This document shows positions 55,615 through 64,000 of a DNA stretch of 64,000 bases, in pieces. Location of the stretch: NCBI GenBank assembly GCA_944377145.1, contig CALWEH010000007.1, positions 91,099 through 155,098 on the forward strand, given 5' to 3'. How positions within the stretch are numbered: position 1 is the stretch's first letter; each line of letters opens with the position of its first letter. A program made the position numbers and the translations under genes. Below the pieces are notes generated by a model. That model was not told where the DNA came from. It saw nothing but the letters and a program-made list of their open reading frames with translations, and did not search any database. The DNA is from an uncultured Clostridia bacterium. GTDB lineage: Bacteria; Bacillota; Clostridia; Christensenellales; UBA1242.

Positions 55615-56537
55615 TGAATATTGTATTTTTTGGAACAGGTGAGTTTAGTAGGGAAGTTGCTAAAGCTATAATACAAAGTTCTCATAATATTTTAGCAATA
55701 GTTACTCAACCAGATAAAGTAAATCAACGTGGGAAAAAAATTAAATATAACGCTTTAAAGCAATTTGCAATTAATAACAACATTCCTGTGTATCAATTTG
55801 AAAAACTTAATATTGAGGGTGAACAAGTATTAAAACAGTTTAATGCTGATTTTTTTGTAACAGCTTCTTATGGGCAAATTATAAAACAAAACATATTAGA
55901 TATTCCAAAATATTCTATTATAAATGTACATGCCTCTTTGCTTCCTAAATATAGAGGCCCGGCTCCAATTCAATGGGCAATAATAAATGGAGAAACTGTT
56001 ACAGGAGTTACCATTATGAAAACAGAGCTGGGGTTAGATTGCGGTGAAATGTATTTGAAAAAGAAAATAGATATTTTACCTCAAGACACTAGTGATAGTG
56101 TATTTCAAAAGTTATCTACACTAGGTGGAGTAGCCATAGTGGAATTTTTAGATAACCCAGAATATTATATTTCAAAAGCAGAAAAGCAAGATGAAAAAGA
56201 AGCTTCATACTATCCTATGCTAACAAAAGAAATGTCTAAGATAGATTTTAATATAGCTAGTGTTAAGCTTATTAATTTGATTAGAGGGCAATATAGTTGT
56301 AATACAATGTATTTTATGCATAATAAGTTAAGATATAAAGTTGCCTTGGCGTGTTTAGCGGAAGAAAAAGGAATTCCTGGAGAAGTATTAAAAGCTAATT
56401 CAAATGATGGATTAATAATTGCAACTGCTGATAAATCTATACAAATAATTACTATTCAACCAGAAGGTAAAAATGAGATGAGTGCAAAGGCGTTTGTTAA
56501 TAGCGGAAAAATCCGTGTGGGAGATATTTTAAATTAA
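55614..56537 (+). CDS. fmt: Methionyl-tRNA formyltransferase
   Basis: INVHASLLPKYRGPAPIQWAI. Confidence 0.95.
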   Translation: MNIVFFGTGEFSREVAKAIIQSSHNILAIVTQPDKVNQRGKKIKYNALKQFAINNNIPVYQFEKLNIEGEQVLKQFNADFFVTASYGQIIKQNILDIPKYSIINVHASLLPKYRGPAPIQWAIINGETVTGVTIMKTELGLDCGEMYLKKKIDILPQDTSDSVFQKLSTLGGVAIVEFLDNPEYYISKAEKQDEKEASYYPMLTKEMSKIDFNIASVKLINLIRGQYSCNTMYFMHNKLRYKVALACLAEEKGIPGEVLKANSNDGLIIATADKSIQIITIQPEGKNEMSAKAFVNSGKIRVGDILN

Positions 56538-56539
56538 TT

Positions 56540-57562
56540 ATGAAAATATTAGCTGATTATAGTTTAGAAGAATTACAATTTCTTGATTTACCAAAATTTA
56601 GAATCAAGCAAATTTTTGATGCTATTTTGCAGAGTAAGGACTATAATCAAACTACAATTCCTAAAAAAATATATGAGCCATTAACTAAAGAATATATTTT
56701 ACACCCTGTAGATATTTTTGAAATATATAAATCAAGTGATGGCACAAAAAAATATTTGTTAAAATTATGGGATAATAATATAATTGAATGTGTATTTTTA
56801 ATTCAAAATTATGGCAATACTATTTGCATGTCTACACAAGTAGGATGCAGAATGGGGTGCAAGTTTTGTGCTTCTACAACAGGAGGGTTGATAAGAAATT
56901 TAACTGCAGGAGAAATGCTTGCCTGTATTGCTTGTGTAAATGCAGATAATGGCAAGTGTAACGAAAGAAATTTTACTAATATTGTTCTTATGGGAAGCGG
57001 TGAACCTTTTGATAATTATGACAATGTAGTTAAATTTTTACGCCTTGTAACTAGTAAAGAGGGCTTTAATGTAAGTGAAAGAAATATTTCAGTTTCCACT
57101 TGTGGTATTGTAGACAAAATTTATGATTTTATGAAAGAAAATCTAAATGTTACACTTTGTGTATCTTTACATGCTAGCACTGATTCTATACGAAAAAATA
57201 TAATGCCAATAGCTAATGCTTTTTCTATAAATGAGATTGTTAAAGCTTTAAAAATATATAGTGAGACAACTAAAAGGCGTGTTGTGCTTGAATATTGCTT
57301 AATAAAAGGCGTAAATGATAGCTTTGAAGATTGTAAACGCTTGAGTGAATTATTTAAAGGAATTAATTGCCATTTTAATATTATATGTCTAAATCCTAAA
57401 GATAATTTATTACAAGCTACAACAAAAAAAGAAGCCTATGCCTTTATAAATAAACTTCAAAGCCTTGGAATAAGTGCAAGCTTAAGAAGAAGTCAAGGAG
57501 CTGATATACAAGGTGCTTGTGGGCAGTTAAGAGCAAAAAGATTAAAAGAACAAAATAATTGA
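56540..57562 (+). CDS. rlmN: 23S rRNA/tRNA (adenine-C2)-methyltransferase RlmN (radical SAM)
   Basis: GCRMGCKFCAS radical-SAM cluster, GSGEP, and C-terminal GACGQL. Confidence 0.93.
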   Translation: MKILADYSLEELQFLDLPKFRIKQIFDAILQSKDYNQTTIPKKIYEPLTKEYILHPVDIFEIYKSSDGTKKYLLKLWDNNIIECVFLIQNYGNTICMSTQVGCRMGCKFCASTTGGLIRNLTAGEMLACIACVNADNGKCNERNFTNIVLMGSGEPFDNYDNVVKFLRLVTSKEGFNVSERNISVSTCGIVDKIYDFMKENLNVTLCVSLHASTDSIRKNIMPIANAFSINEIVKALKIYSETTKRRVVLEYCLIKGVNDSFEDCKRLSELFKGINCHFNIICLNPKDNLLQATTKKEAYAFINKLQSLGISASLRRSQGADIQGACGQLRAKRLKEQNN

Positions 57563-57697
57563 AGTTAATGTTTAAAATTATAGACATTAACTTTTTTATG
57601 TGGTATACTATTTGTAAGTAAAATTAACTAAATTTAAAAACTTAATTCTTAACTTTTAGTTTAGGTAATATATTTATATTATATATAGAGGTGAATT

Positions 57698-58354
57698 ATG
57701 ACGAAAGTTGTGGTAGGGGCGTCTTCCTTGCCAGCTGGAAGAAATATGTCTAGCCAGCTAGATTATATAAAAAAAATGCAGAATTTTGGTGCAGATATGT
57801 ATCATCTAGATGTTATGGATGGGTTATTTGTAAAAAATCAAACTGTAGATTATACTTATTTGGAACAATTAAAAATGTCGTCAATATTGCTTTTTGACGT
57901 TCATCTAATGGTGCAAAATCCTACTAAGGTTATATCTAAGTATGCTAAAGCGGGTGCAAATATTTTAACAATTCATTATGAAGCTTTTGATGATGATAAA
58001 AAATTTATTAAAGCTCTTAAAAAAATTCGCAAATTAGGAATGATGGCGGGTATAGCTTTAGATCTTGACACTAGCGTTGAAAGTATAGAGCCTTTTTTAA
58101 AATATTGTGATCTAGTTTTAATAATGAGTGTAAAAGCAGGGAAAGGCGGTCAACAATTTAGTGAAAGTGCGATAAAAAAAATTAAGGCATTAAGAAAACT
58201 TGATAGCAAGATTTTAATAGAAGTAGATGGAGGAATAGATAATATATCATCACAAAAAGCAGTGAAAGCTGGTGCTGATATTGTAGTAAGTGGCTCATAT
58301 ATCTATAATAACGAAGCTTATGAAGCTATACAAAGTTTGAAAGGGCGTAATTAA
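57698..58354 (+). CDS. rpe: Ribulose-phosphate 3-epimerase
   Basis: HLDVMDG, DVHLMV, VDGGI. Confidence 0.9.
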   Translation: MTKVVVGASSLPAGRNMSSQLDYIKKMQNFGADMYHLDVMDGLFVKNQTVDYTYLEQLKMSSILLFDVHLMVQNPTKVISKYAKAGANILTIHYEAFDDDKKFIKALKKIRKLGMMAGIALDLDTSVESIEPFLKYCDLVLIMSVKAGKGGQQFSESAIKKIKALRKLDSKILIEVDGGIDNISSQKAVKAGADIVVSGSYIYNNEAYEAIQSLKGRN

Positions 58355-59067
58355 TGGACAATAGATATTATTTTGAAAAACTATCAAATGTAATTGAATT
58401 GGATAAAACAGAAACTCAACATTTGTCAAAAGTAAGGCGTGCAAAAGTTGGAGATGTTATAATAGGGTTTTGCGGAGATGGCTTTGATTATAAATTAAAA
58501 ATTGAAGAAATTAATAAAACGGCAAAATGTAGAGTTATTGATAAAACTAAAAATAAAGCTACAGATATTACTCCTATAACAGTATTTTTATCTACATTAA
58601 AAAACGAAGCCTTAAGTGAATGTATAGATAATTTAACTCAATTAAATGTAAAAACTATTGTAATATTCGACACTAAATATAGTGTAGCTAGTATTGATAA
58701 TAATAAGCTTGAGAAGTTAAAAAATAGAAGTATACAAGCTTGTAAACAATGTGAAAGAGCAGATAAACCAGATATTTTTGCTGCAAATTATAATGAAGTA
58801 TTAAATATGCTGTTTAAATACGATTTAACCTTATTTGCTTATGAAAATTCTTCTAGGTCATTTATTAATGATTTAAAAAACTACAAAGGCAAAAAAATAG
58901 CATTGATTGTTGGTTGTGAAGGAGGATTTTCTTCTAAAGAAGTTGAAGAGTTGGGCAAATATTCTAGAATGGTTAGTTTGGGTAAAACTATATTGCGAGC
59001 TCCTGTAGCTGCTACTTCATTTGCTGCTTGTGTTTTGAGCGGATTGGGAGAATGGAATGAAATTTAG
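58354..59067 (+). CDS. rsmE: 16S rRNA (uracil1498-N3)-methyltransferase RsmE
   Basis: HLSKVRR PUA-like N-terminus and the VGCEGGFS..E SPOUT motif. Confidence 0.85.
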   Translation: MDNRYYFEKLSNVIELDKTETQHLSKVRRAKVGDVIIGFCGDGFDYKLKIEEINKTAKCRVIDKTKNKATDITPITVFLSTLKNEALSECIDNLTQLNVKTIVIFDTKYSVASIDNNKLEKLKNRSIQACKQCERADKPDIFAANYNEVLNMLFKYDLTLFAYENSSRSFINDLKNYKGKKIALIVGCEGGFSSKEVEELGKYSRMVSLGKTILRAPVAATSFAACVLSGLGEWNEI

Positions 59068-60289
59068 TATAATAACTTTAGGTTGCAAGGTAAATGAATA
59101 TGAAAGTCAAAGTATGCTAACTCAGCTAGAAAATAATGGATATCAGGTGGCGGAAGGATTGGTGTTTGCTGATTATTATATTATAAATACCTGTGCAGTT
59201 ACTAATATGGCAGAAAGAAAATCAAGGCAAGTTATTGCAAAAATCAAAAAAATAAATCCTAATGCAAAAATATTGGTTTGTGGCTGTGCTAGTCAATTTA
59301 ATATAGAGCAATTTAAAAAATATCCTCAAGTGATAGCTATTATTGGAACTTATGGTAAACATGATATAGTAAAATATCTAAATTATGTTGGAGTATTGCC
59401 TATTGCAAGTCAGTATTGTAATACTGCTTATGCTAAAAACACACATACTAGACAATATATTAAAGTTCAAGATGGTTGTAATAATTTTTGTACCTATTGC
59501 GTTATACCTTATACAAGAGGGCGTAGTAGAAGTAGAGATTTACAAGATATATTAGAAGAAATTAAGCATTCTCAAGCGTTAGAAATTGTAATTACAGGAA
59601 TAGATGTTAGTGATTATAAAATTAATGGAGAAAAAGCTCTTATAAATTTATTAGAAGAAGTAAATAAATTAGGAAAAAGATTTAGAATATCTTCTATAGA
59701 GTGTAATATTTTAACTCAAGAATTTTTAGATAGATTAGTAAAACTTGAAAACTTTTGCCCATTTTTTCATATAAGCATGCAGTCAGCATGTAATGCTACA
59801 TTAAAACGCATGAATAGAAAATATAGTATAGAACAATATATTGAAGTGTGTAATAATGTAAAAAAAGTTTTTCCTACATCTTGTGTATCTACAGATGTTA
59901 TAGTGGGATTTAAACAAGAAACAGAGGAAGAATTTAATCAAACTTTAGAAAATATACAAAAAATTCCATTTTCTTTTTTACATATATTTCCATATAGTGA
60001 GCGAAAAGGCACAATGGCTGAAAAATTTACAGGAGATGTAGATGGAACTGTTGTAAAATATCGTGAACAAAAATTAAATGAAATAAATAAAAAAATATAT
60101 ACAGAATTTTTAAATGAAAATATAGGGAAAAGACATAAAGTATTAATAGAGCAAATAAAAGATGGCGGAAGTCAAGGCTATACTGAAAATTATATATATA
60201 CTTATATTGATGAAAAGTTGCCAAATGGAATATATGAAATAGAAACTTATGAGATATTTAAAGATGGAATGAAAGGTAGATTAATATAA
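59057..60289 (+). CDS. mtaB: tRNA t6A37 methylthiotransferase MtaB (radical SAM, MiaB-like)
   Basis: LGCKVNEYES UPF0004 domain and the CNNFCTYC cluster. Follows rsmE, as in Bacillus yqeU-yqeV. Confidence 0.85.
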   Translation: MKFSIITLGCKVNEYESQSMLTQLENNGYQVAEGLVFADYYIINTCAVTNMAERKSRQVIAKIKKINPNAKILVCGCASQFNIEQFKKYPQVIAIIGTYGKHDIVKYLNYVGVLPIASQYCNTAYAKNTHTRQYIKVQDGCNNFCTYCVIPYTRGRSRSRDLQDILEEIKHSQALEIVITGIDVSDYKINGEKALINLLEEVNKLGKRFRISSIECNILTQEFLDRLVKLENFCPFFHISMQSACNATLKRMNRKYSIEQYIEVCNNVKKVFPTSCVSTDVIVGFKQETEEEFNQTLENIQKIPFSFLHIFPYSERKGTMAEKFTGDVDGTVVKYREQKLNEINKKIYTEFLNENIGKRHKVLIEQIKDGGSQGYTENYIYTYIDEKLPNGIYEIETYEIFKDGMKGRLI

Positions 60290-60368
60290 ATAAGTTATAA
60301 ATTTAGTTGAATGTTGATTATAAGTGTGATATACTATAAACATAATAAAATTGAAAAAGAGGTTAATA

Positions 60369-60704
60369 ATGGAAGATTGTATTTTTTGTAAAATTAAATT
60401 AGGTGAATTATCTAGCACTAAATTATATGAAGATGGTGATTTTATGATTATCAAAGATATAAATCCTGTGGCAAAAATTCATTTAATAGCAATTCCAAAT
60501 GAGCATTATTCTGGCCTAGACATGCAAACAGAAGAGGGTGCTATTGTATTAGGGAAAATATTACATAAAATAGGAACCTTAAGTGATGAATTAGGCTTAT
60601 CTAATGGATATAGATTGGTAATTAATCAAGGAAAAGATGCTGGTCAAACAGTTCAACATCTCCATATTCATATTATAGGTGGAGAACAGCTTCATAATTT
60701 GTAA
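60369..60704 (+). CDS. HIT-family nucleotide-binding protein
   Basis: CIFCKI and the HLHIHIIGG histidine triad. Confidence 0.92.
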   Translation: MEDCIFCKIKLGELSSTKLYEDGDFMIIKDINPVAKIHLIAIPNEHYSGLDMQTEEGAIVLGKILHKIGTLSDELGLSNGYRLVINQGKDAGQTVQHLHIHIIGGEQLHNL

Positions 60705-60856
60705 TAAAAATTAGCAATTAAGCTAATTTTTTTATCATAAACTAAAAAACTCATATAAAAAACATGCTTTTTTAAAAATTTAATTGAAAATCTATTGACA
60801 AAAAGTTTAACTATGTGTAAAATAAAAAAGAATTTGAAGTCAAGGTGGTGAAATTA

Positions 60857-61045
60857 GTGAGTACGGTTAGAGTTGGAGAAAACGAATCTGTTGAAAGTGC
60901 TTTAAAACGCTTTAAACGTAAATGTCAAAAAGATGGCATTATTGGCGATTTAAGAAAACGTGAACAATATGAAAAACCAAGTGTAAGAAAAAAGAAAAAG
61001 AGTGAAGCTGCTAGAAAGCGTGCTATGAAAAAAAATAAATATTAA
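60857..61045 (+). CDS. rpsU: 30S ribosomal protein S21
   Basis: [28 protein letters not shown] prefer GTG 60857 (RBS AAGGTGG 8 nt upstream) over GTG 60845. Confidence 0.9.
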   Translation: MSTVRVGENESVESALKRFKRKCQKDGIIGDLRKREQYEKPSVRKKKKSEAARKRAMKKNKY

Positions 61046-61166
61046 AATTTAGGTGCAATTTAGCACCTTTTTTTATTTTTACCTAATTTTAAATAAGCTT
61101 TTATTTATCCATTTCATTTGTTAAAATTAAAAAGTTGTGATATAATGAAATTTAATTGGAGAAAAT

Positions 61167-63443
61167 ATGGATTATTCTACATTATTAAATCAAGAACAAT
61201 TAAAAGCAGTGTTGCAAACTGAAGGGCCTGTATTAGTATCTGCAGGAGCGGGGAGCGGAAAAACTAGAGTGCTTACTTACCGCATTGCCTATCTATTAAC
61301 AGAATTACATGTAGACCCTTACAGAATATTGGCTATAACATTTACAAATAAAGCAACTAATGAGATGAAAGAGCGTGTGTGTAAAATTCGAGAGGACGCT
61401 TGTAATGTTCTTGTAGCGACATTTCATAGTTTTTGTGTAAGAATGTTGAGAAAATATCAATCTGTATTAACAGACTATCAACCTAATTTTAGCATATATA
61501 CAGATAGTGATCAAGCTAAAGTATATAAGCAAGTATTTGCAGATTTGGGTATAAGTGATGAGGATACTAAGTCTAAAGTTAAACATGCTATAAGCGTAAT
61601 TAAGTGTGACAATATAAGTATAGACCAATATTGTGAAATTAATAAACATTCTAAATGTATAGACATAATAAAAAGAGGTTATTTTGCTTATCAACATGAG
61701 TTAAGAAAAAATAATGCTATGGATTTTGATGATATTTTAATTAATTTTTATAAGCTTATTGTATCAAACCAAGATGTAAGGGAAAGCTTGCAGGAAAGAT
61801 TTCAATATATTCATATAGATGAATTTCAAGATACAAATAGATTGCAATATGATATTGTTAAAATATTAGCTGGTAAATATCAAAATATATTTATAGTTGG
61901 AGATGAAGATCAATCTATATATAGTTGGAGAGGAGCTAACATTGGGAATATTTTTCAATTTTCAAAAGATTTTAAAAATGTGAAAATATTTAAATTAGAA
62001 CAAAATTATAGAAGCACAAAATCCATATTAGATAAAGCAAATAAGTTAATTGAGAATAATAAGAATAGATTGTCTAAAAAATTATATACCACAAATGAAC
62101 AAGGAAGTGAGGTTACATATTTTTGTGCTAGAGATGAACAAGATGAAGCAGATTATGTAGTTAGACATATTTTAATGCAAAAAAATGCAGGTGTGGATCT
62201 TAATGATATAGCAATTTTATTACGATTAAATGCTTTAACTCGTCCGTTTGAAGAAAAATTATTAGCATATAATATCCCACACAAGATTTATAATGGTGTT
62301 AAATTCTATGAGCGTGCAGAGATTAAAAATACTTTAGCCTATCTAATAGCAATAGTAAATCCTAATGATAACAATAGTTTTACAAGGATAATTAACTTTC
62401 CTAAAAGAGGAATTGGTGAAACCAGCATTTCTCATTTGAAAACATTGGCTGATGCTCGTAAATGTTCTATTAAAGAAATTATATATAATTGTGATACAGA
62501 AGATTTAAAACCAGCTTTAAAGGCTAAATTATATCCTTTAAAAGATTTATTAAAAAATATTGACAAATGTGCTGAAACTAGTGATTTATATAATCTTATA
62601 TCATACATAGTAGATGAAGCAAAAATATTACAAAGCTTCAATCAACAAGATGAAACAGAGCTGGATAGATATATGAATGTTACATCATTAATTAAATCAA
62701 TAAAAGACTATCAAGAAAATAATCCTTCAGCAACTTTAAATGATTATCTTGAAAGCGTTACTTTAATAAGTGATATAGATACGGAAAGCAATAAAAATGG
62801 AGTAGTGATAGCTACTGTGCATAGTGCAAAAGGATTGGAATTTGATACTGTATTTATATCAGGATTAGAAGAAAAAATTTTCCCTGTTTCACGTGTAGAT
62901 ATAGAAGATCAAGAAGAAGAGAGAAGATTAATGTATGTAGCAATTACTAGAGCCAGAAAAACCTTATATTTAACTAGTAGCAGTTCTCGTTTTATGTATG
63001 GCAAACGAGATGCTACTGTTAAAAGCAGATTTTTACGAGAAATAGATATGGTTAAAGATCAGGCTTTTGGATATGGCGGTTATTATGGAGATGAATATAA
63101 TATGTATAATTATCCTAAAGCAAAGAAAGAATTTGGGAATATAAATAGTGATTATACATATTATAGCGATAATATTAAATCTAATAAAACTAATGAGGCT
63201 TCTATAGTTAGAGAAGATAAATTAAATATATCAGGACTTAGTAAAGGGTTAAATGCTTTAAAGCAAACTGTAGATGAGAAAAAAGTAAAAGTTGGAGCTA
63301 GAGTAAAACATATTAAATTTGGAGAAGGCGTGATAGTAAATACATCTACATATTCTTCTAACAAATGTGTTGATATAGATTTTGGCATATTAGGTAAAAA
63401 ATCATTATCACTAGATTATGCCCCAATTAGTTTTATAGATTAA
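61167..63443 (+). CDS. pcrA: ATP-dependent DNA helicase PcrA (UvrD family)
   Basis: GAGSGKTRVL, DEFQDTN, VGDEDQSIYSWRGA, TVHSAKGLEF, and a C-terminal Tudor-like tail. Confidence 0.95.
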   Translation: MDYSTLLNQEQLKAVLQTEGPVLVSAGAGSGKTRVLTYRIAYLLTELHVDPYRILAITFTNKATNEMKERVCKIREDACNVLVATFHSFCVRMLRKYQSVLTDYQPNFSIYTDSDQAKVYKQVFADLGISDEDTKSKVKHAISVIKCDNISIDQYCEINKHSKCIDIIKRGYFAYQHELRKNNAMDFDDILINFYKLIVSNQDVRESLQERFQYIHIDEFQDTNRLQYDIVKILAGKYQNIFIVGDEDQSIYSWRGANIGNIFQFSKDFKNVKIFKLEQNYRSTKSILDKANKLIENNKNRLSKKLYTTNEQGSEVTYFCARDEQDEADYVVRHILMQKNAGVDLNDIAILLRLNALTRPFEEKLLAYNIPHKIYNGVKFYERAEIKNTLAYLIAIVNPNDNNSFTRIINFPKRGIGETSISHLKTLADARKCSIKEIIYNCDTEDLKPALKAKLYPLKDLLKNIDKCAETSDLYNLISYIVDEAKILQSFNQQDETELDRYMNVTSLIKSIKDYQENNPSATLNDYLESVTLISDIDTESNKNGVVIATVHSAKGLEFDTVFISGLEEKIFPVSRVDIEDQEEERRLMYVAITRARKTLYLTSSSSRFMYGKRDATVKSRFLREIDMVKDQAFGYGGYYGDEYNMYNYPKAKKEFGNINSDYTYYSDNIKSNKTNEASIVREDKLNISGLSKGLNALKQTVDEKKVKVGARVKHIKFGEGVIVNTSTYSSNKCVDIDFGILGKKSLSLDYAPISFID

Positions 63444-63480
63444 TAAAAACAAGATATTTAGTTTTATTAAAAGGATTTGT

Positions 63481-64000
63481 ATGGATATTAAAGCAAGAAT
63501 ACAAGAATTGGTAGATTTAATTAATAAATATAATTATGAATATTACATATTAGATAAACCTACTATATCAGATGTAGAATATGATAAATTGTTAGATGAA
63601 TTATTTGATTTAGAAAAACAAACAGGTATTGTTTTAGAAAATTCTCCTACTCATAAAGTGGGAAGTGAACCTATATCTAAATTTAAAAAAGTAAGGCATA
63701 AGAATAGATTATATAGTTTAGAAAAAAGTCAAAGCGTAGAAGAAATAAAAGATTGGATAGCTAGAAATCAAAAATTAGCTAATTTTACTCCAGAATATAC
63801 ATGTGAATACAAGTTTGATGGATTAACTATAGTAGTTAGTTATAACAATGGGAAATATGTGCAAGCTGTTACCAGAGGAAATGGTATTGTGGGGGAAGAT
63901 GTTACAGAGCAGGTAAGAACTTTTAAATCAGTTCCATTAACTATTGATTTTAAAGGATATTTAGAGGTGCAAGGTGAAGCTATTATTCGTTTGTCTGTGT
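63481..64000 (+). CDS. ligA: NAD-dependent DNA ligase LigA, N-terminal part (3' end outside window)
   Basis: Open frame from ATG 63481 to the window edge. Contains IQELVDLINKYNYEYYILDKPTISDVEYDKL and the adenylation motif CEYKFDG. Follows pcrA, as in many Firmicutes. Confidence 0.9.
   Translation, partial: MDIKARIQELVDLINKYNYEYYILDKPTISDVEYDKLLDELFDLEKQTGIVLENSPTHKVGSEPISKFKKVRHKNRLYSLEKSQSVEEIKDWIARNQKLANFTPEYTCEYKFDGLTIVVSYNNGKYVQAVTRGNGIVGEDVTEQVRTFKSVPLTIDFKGYLEVQGEAIIRLSV

Noticed and set aside
1-64000. Alternative genetic code (for example TGA as Trp), suggested by the very low GC
   Set aside because: Conserved genes end at TGA, TAA or TAG at the expected lengths (for example rnc and murA end at TGA). 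Standard code 11 fits.

Overview
This 64 kb window is low-GC (about 30% by eye) and looks like Firmicutes/Clostridia-type chromosome. It is almost entirely housekeeping genes, mostly on the + strand.

Gene order from left to right:
- engB (5'-truncated by the window edge).
- A block syntenic with B. subtilis yqeZ-recO: nfeD, floA, yqfC, yqfD, ybeY, era, recO.
- ppdK, rsmD, ogg.
- A compact dcw cluster: rsmH, ftsL-like, PBP, murE, mraY, ftsW, murA, ftsQ, ftsA, ftsZ.
- A NitT/TauT-type ABC transporter on the - strand.
- A Thr T-box operon (TSCPD protein plus thrS).
- infC-rpmI-rplT with an L20-type leader, then ruvX, rpsB-tsf, pta-ackA, rpmF-plsX-rnc.
- rpoZ-priA-def-fmt-rlmN, rpe, rsmE-mtaB, a HIT protein, rpsU, pcrA, and the start of ligA.

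I saw no rRNA, tRNA, CRISPR array, transposase or integrase.

The one clearly accessory locus is 25958-28127, between ftsZ and the ABC permease gene. It is a cassette of about 2 kb bracketed by 192-bp direct repeats of the permease 3' end, one copy being a dead fragment. The cassette carries:
- two promoter candidates;
- a perfect (ACAA)11 tetranucleotide microsatellite;
- a 41-codon leader ORF that, in the present repeat-number frame only, reads into a strong intrinsic terminator;
- a surface lipoprotein gene immediately downstream.

I interpret this as a candidate repeat-number-gated (phase-variable) attenuator or small-RNA unit controlling a surface protein. It appears to have been acquired by single-crossover integration. 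This is inference from sequence only.

Other lower-interest oddities are listed in the findings.
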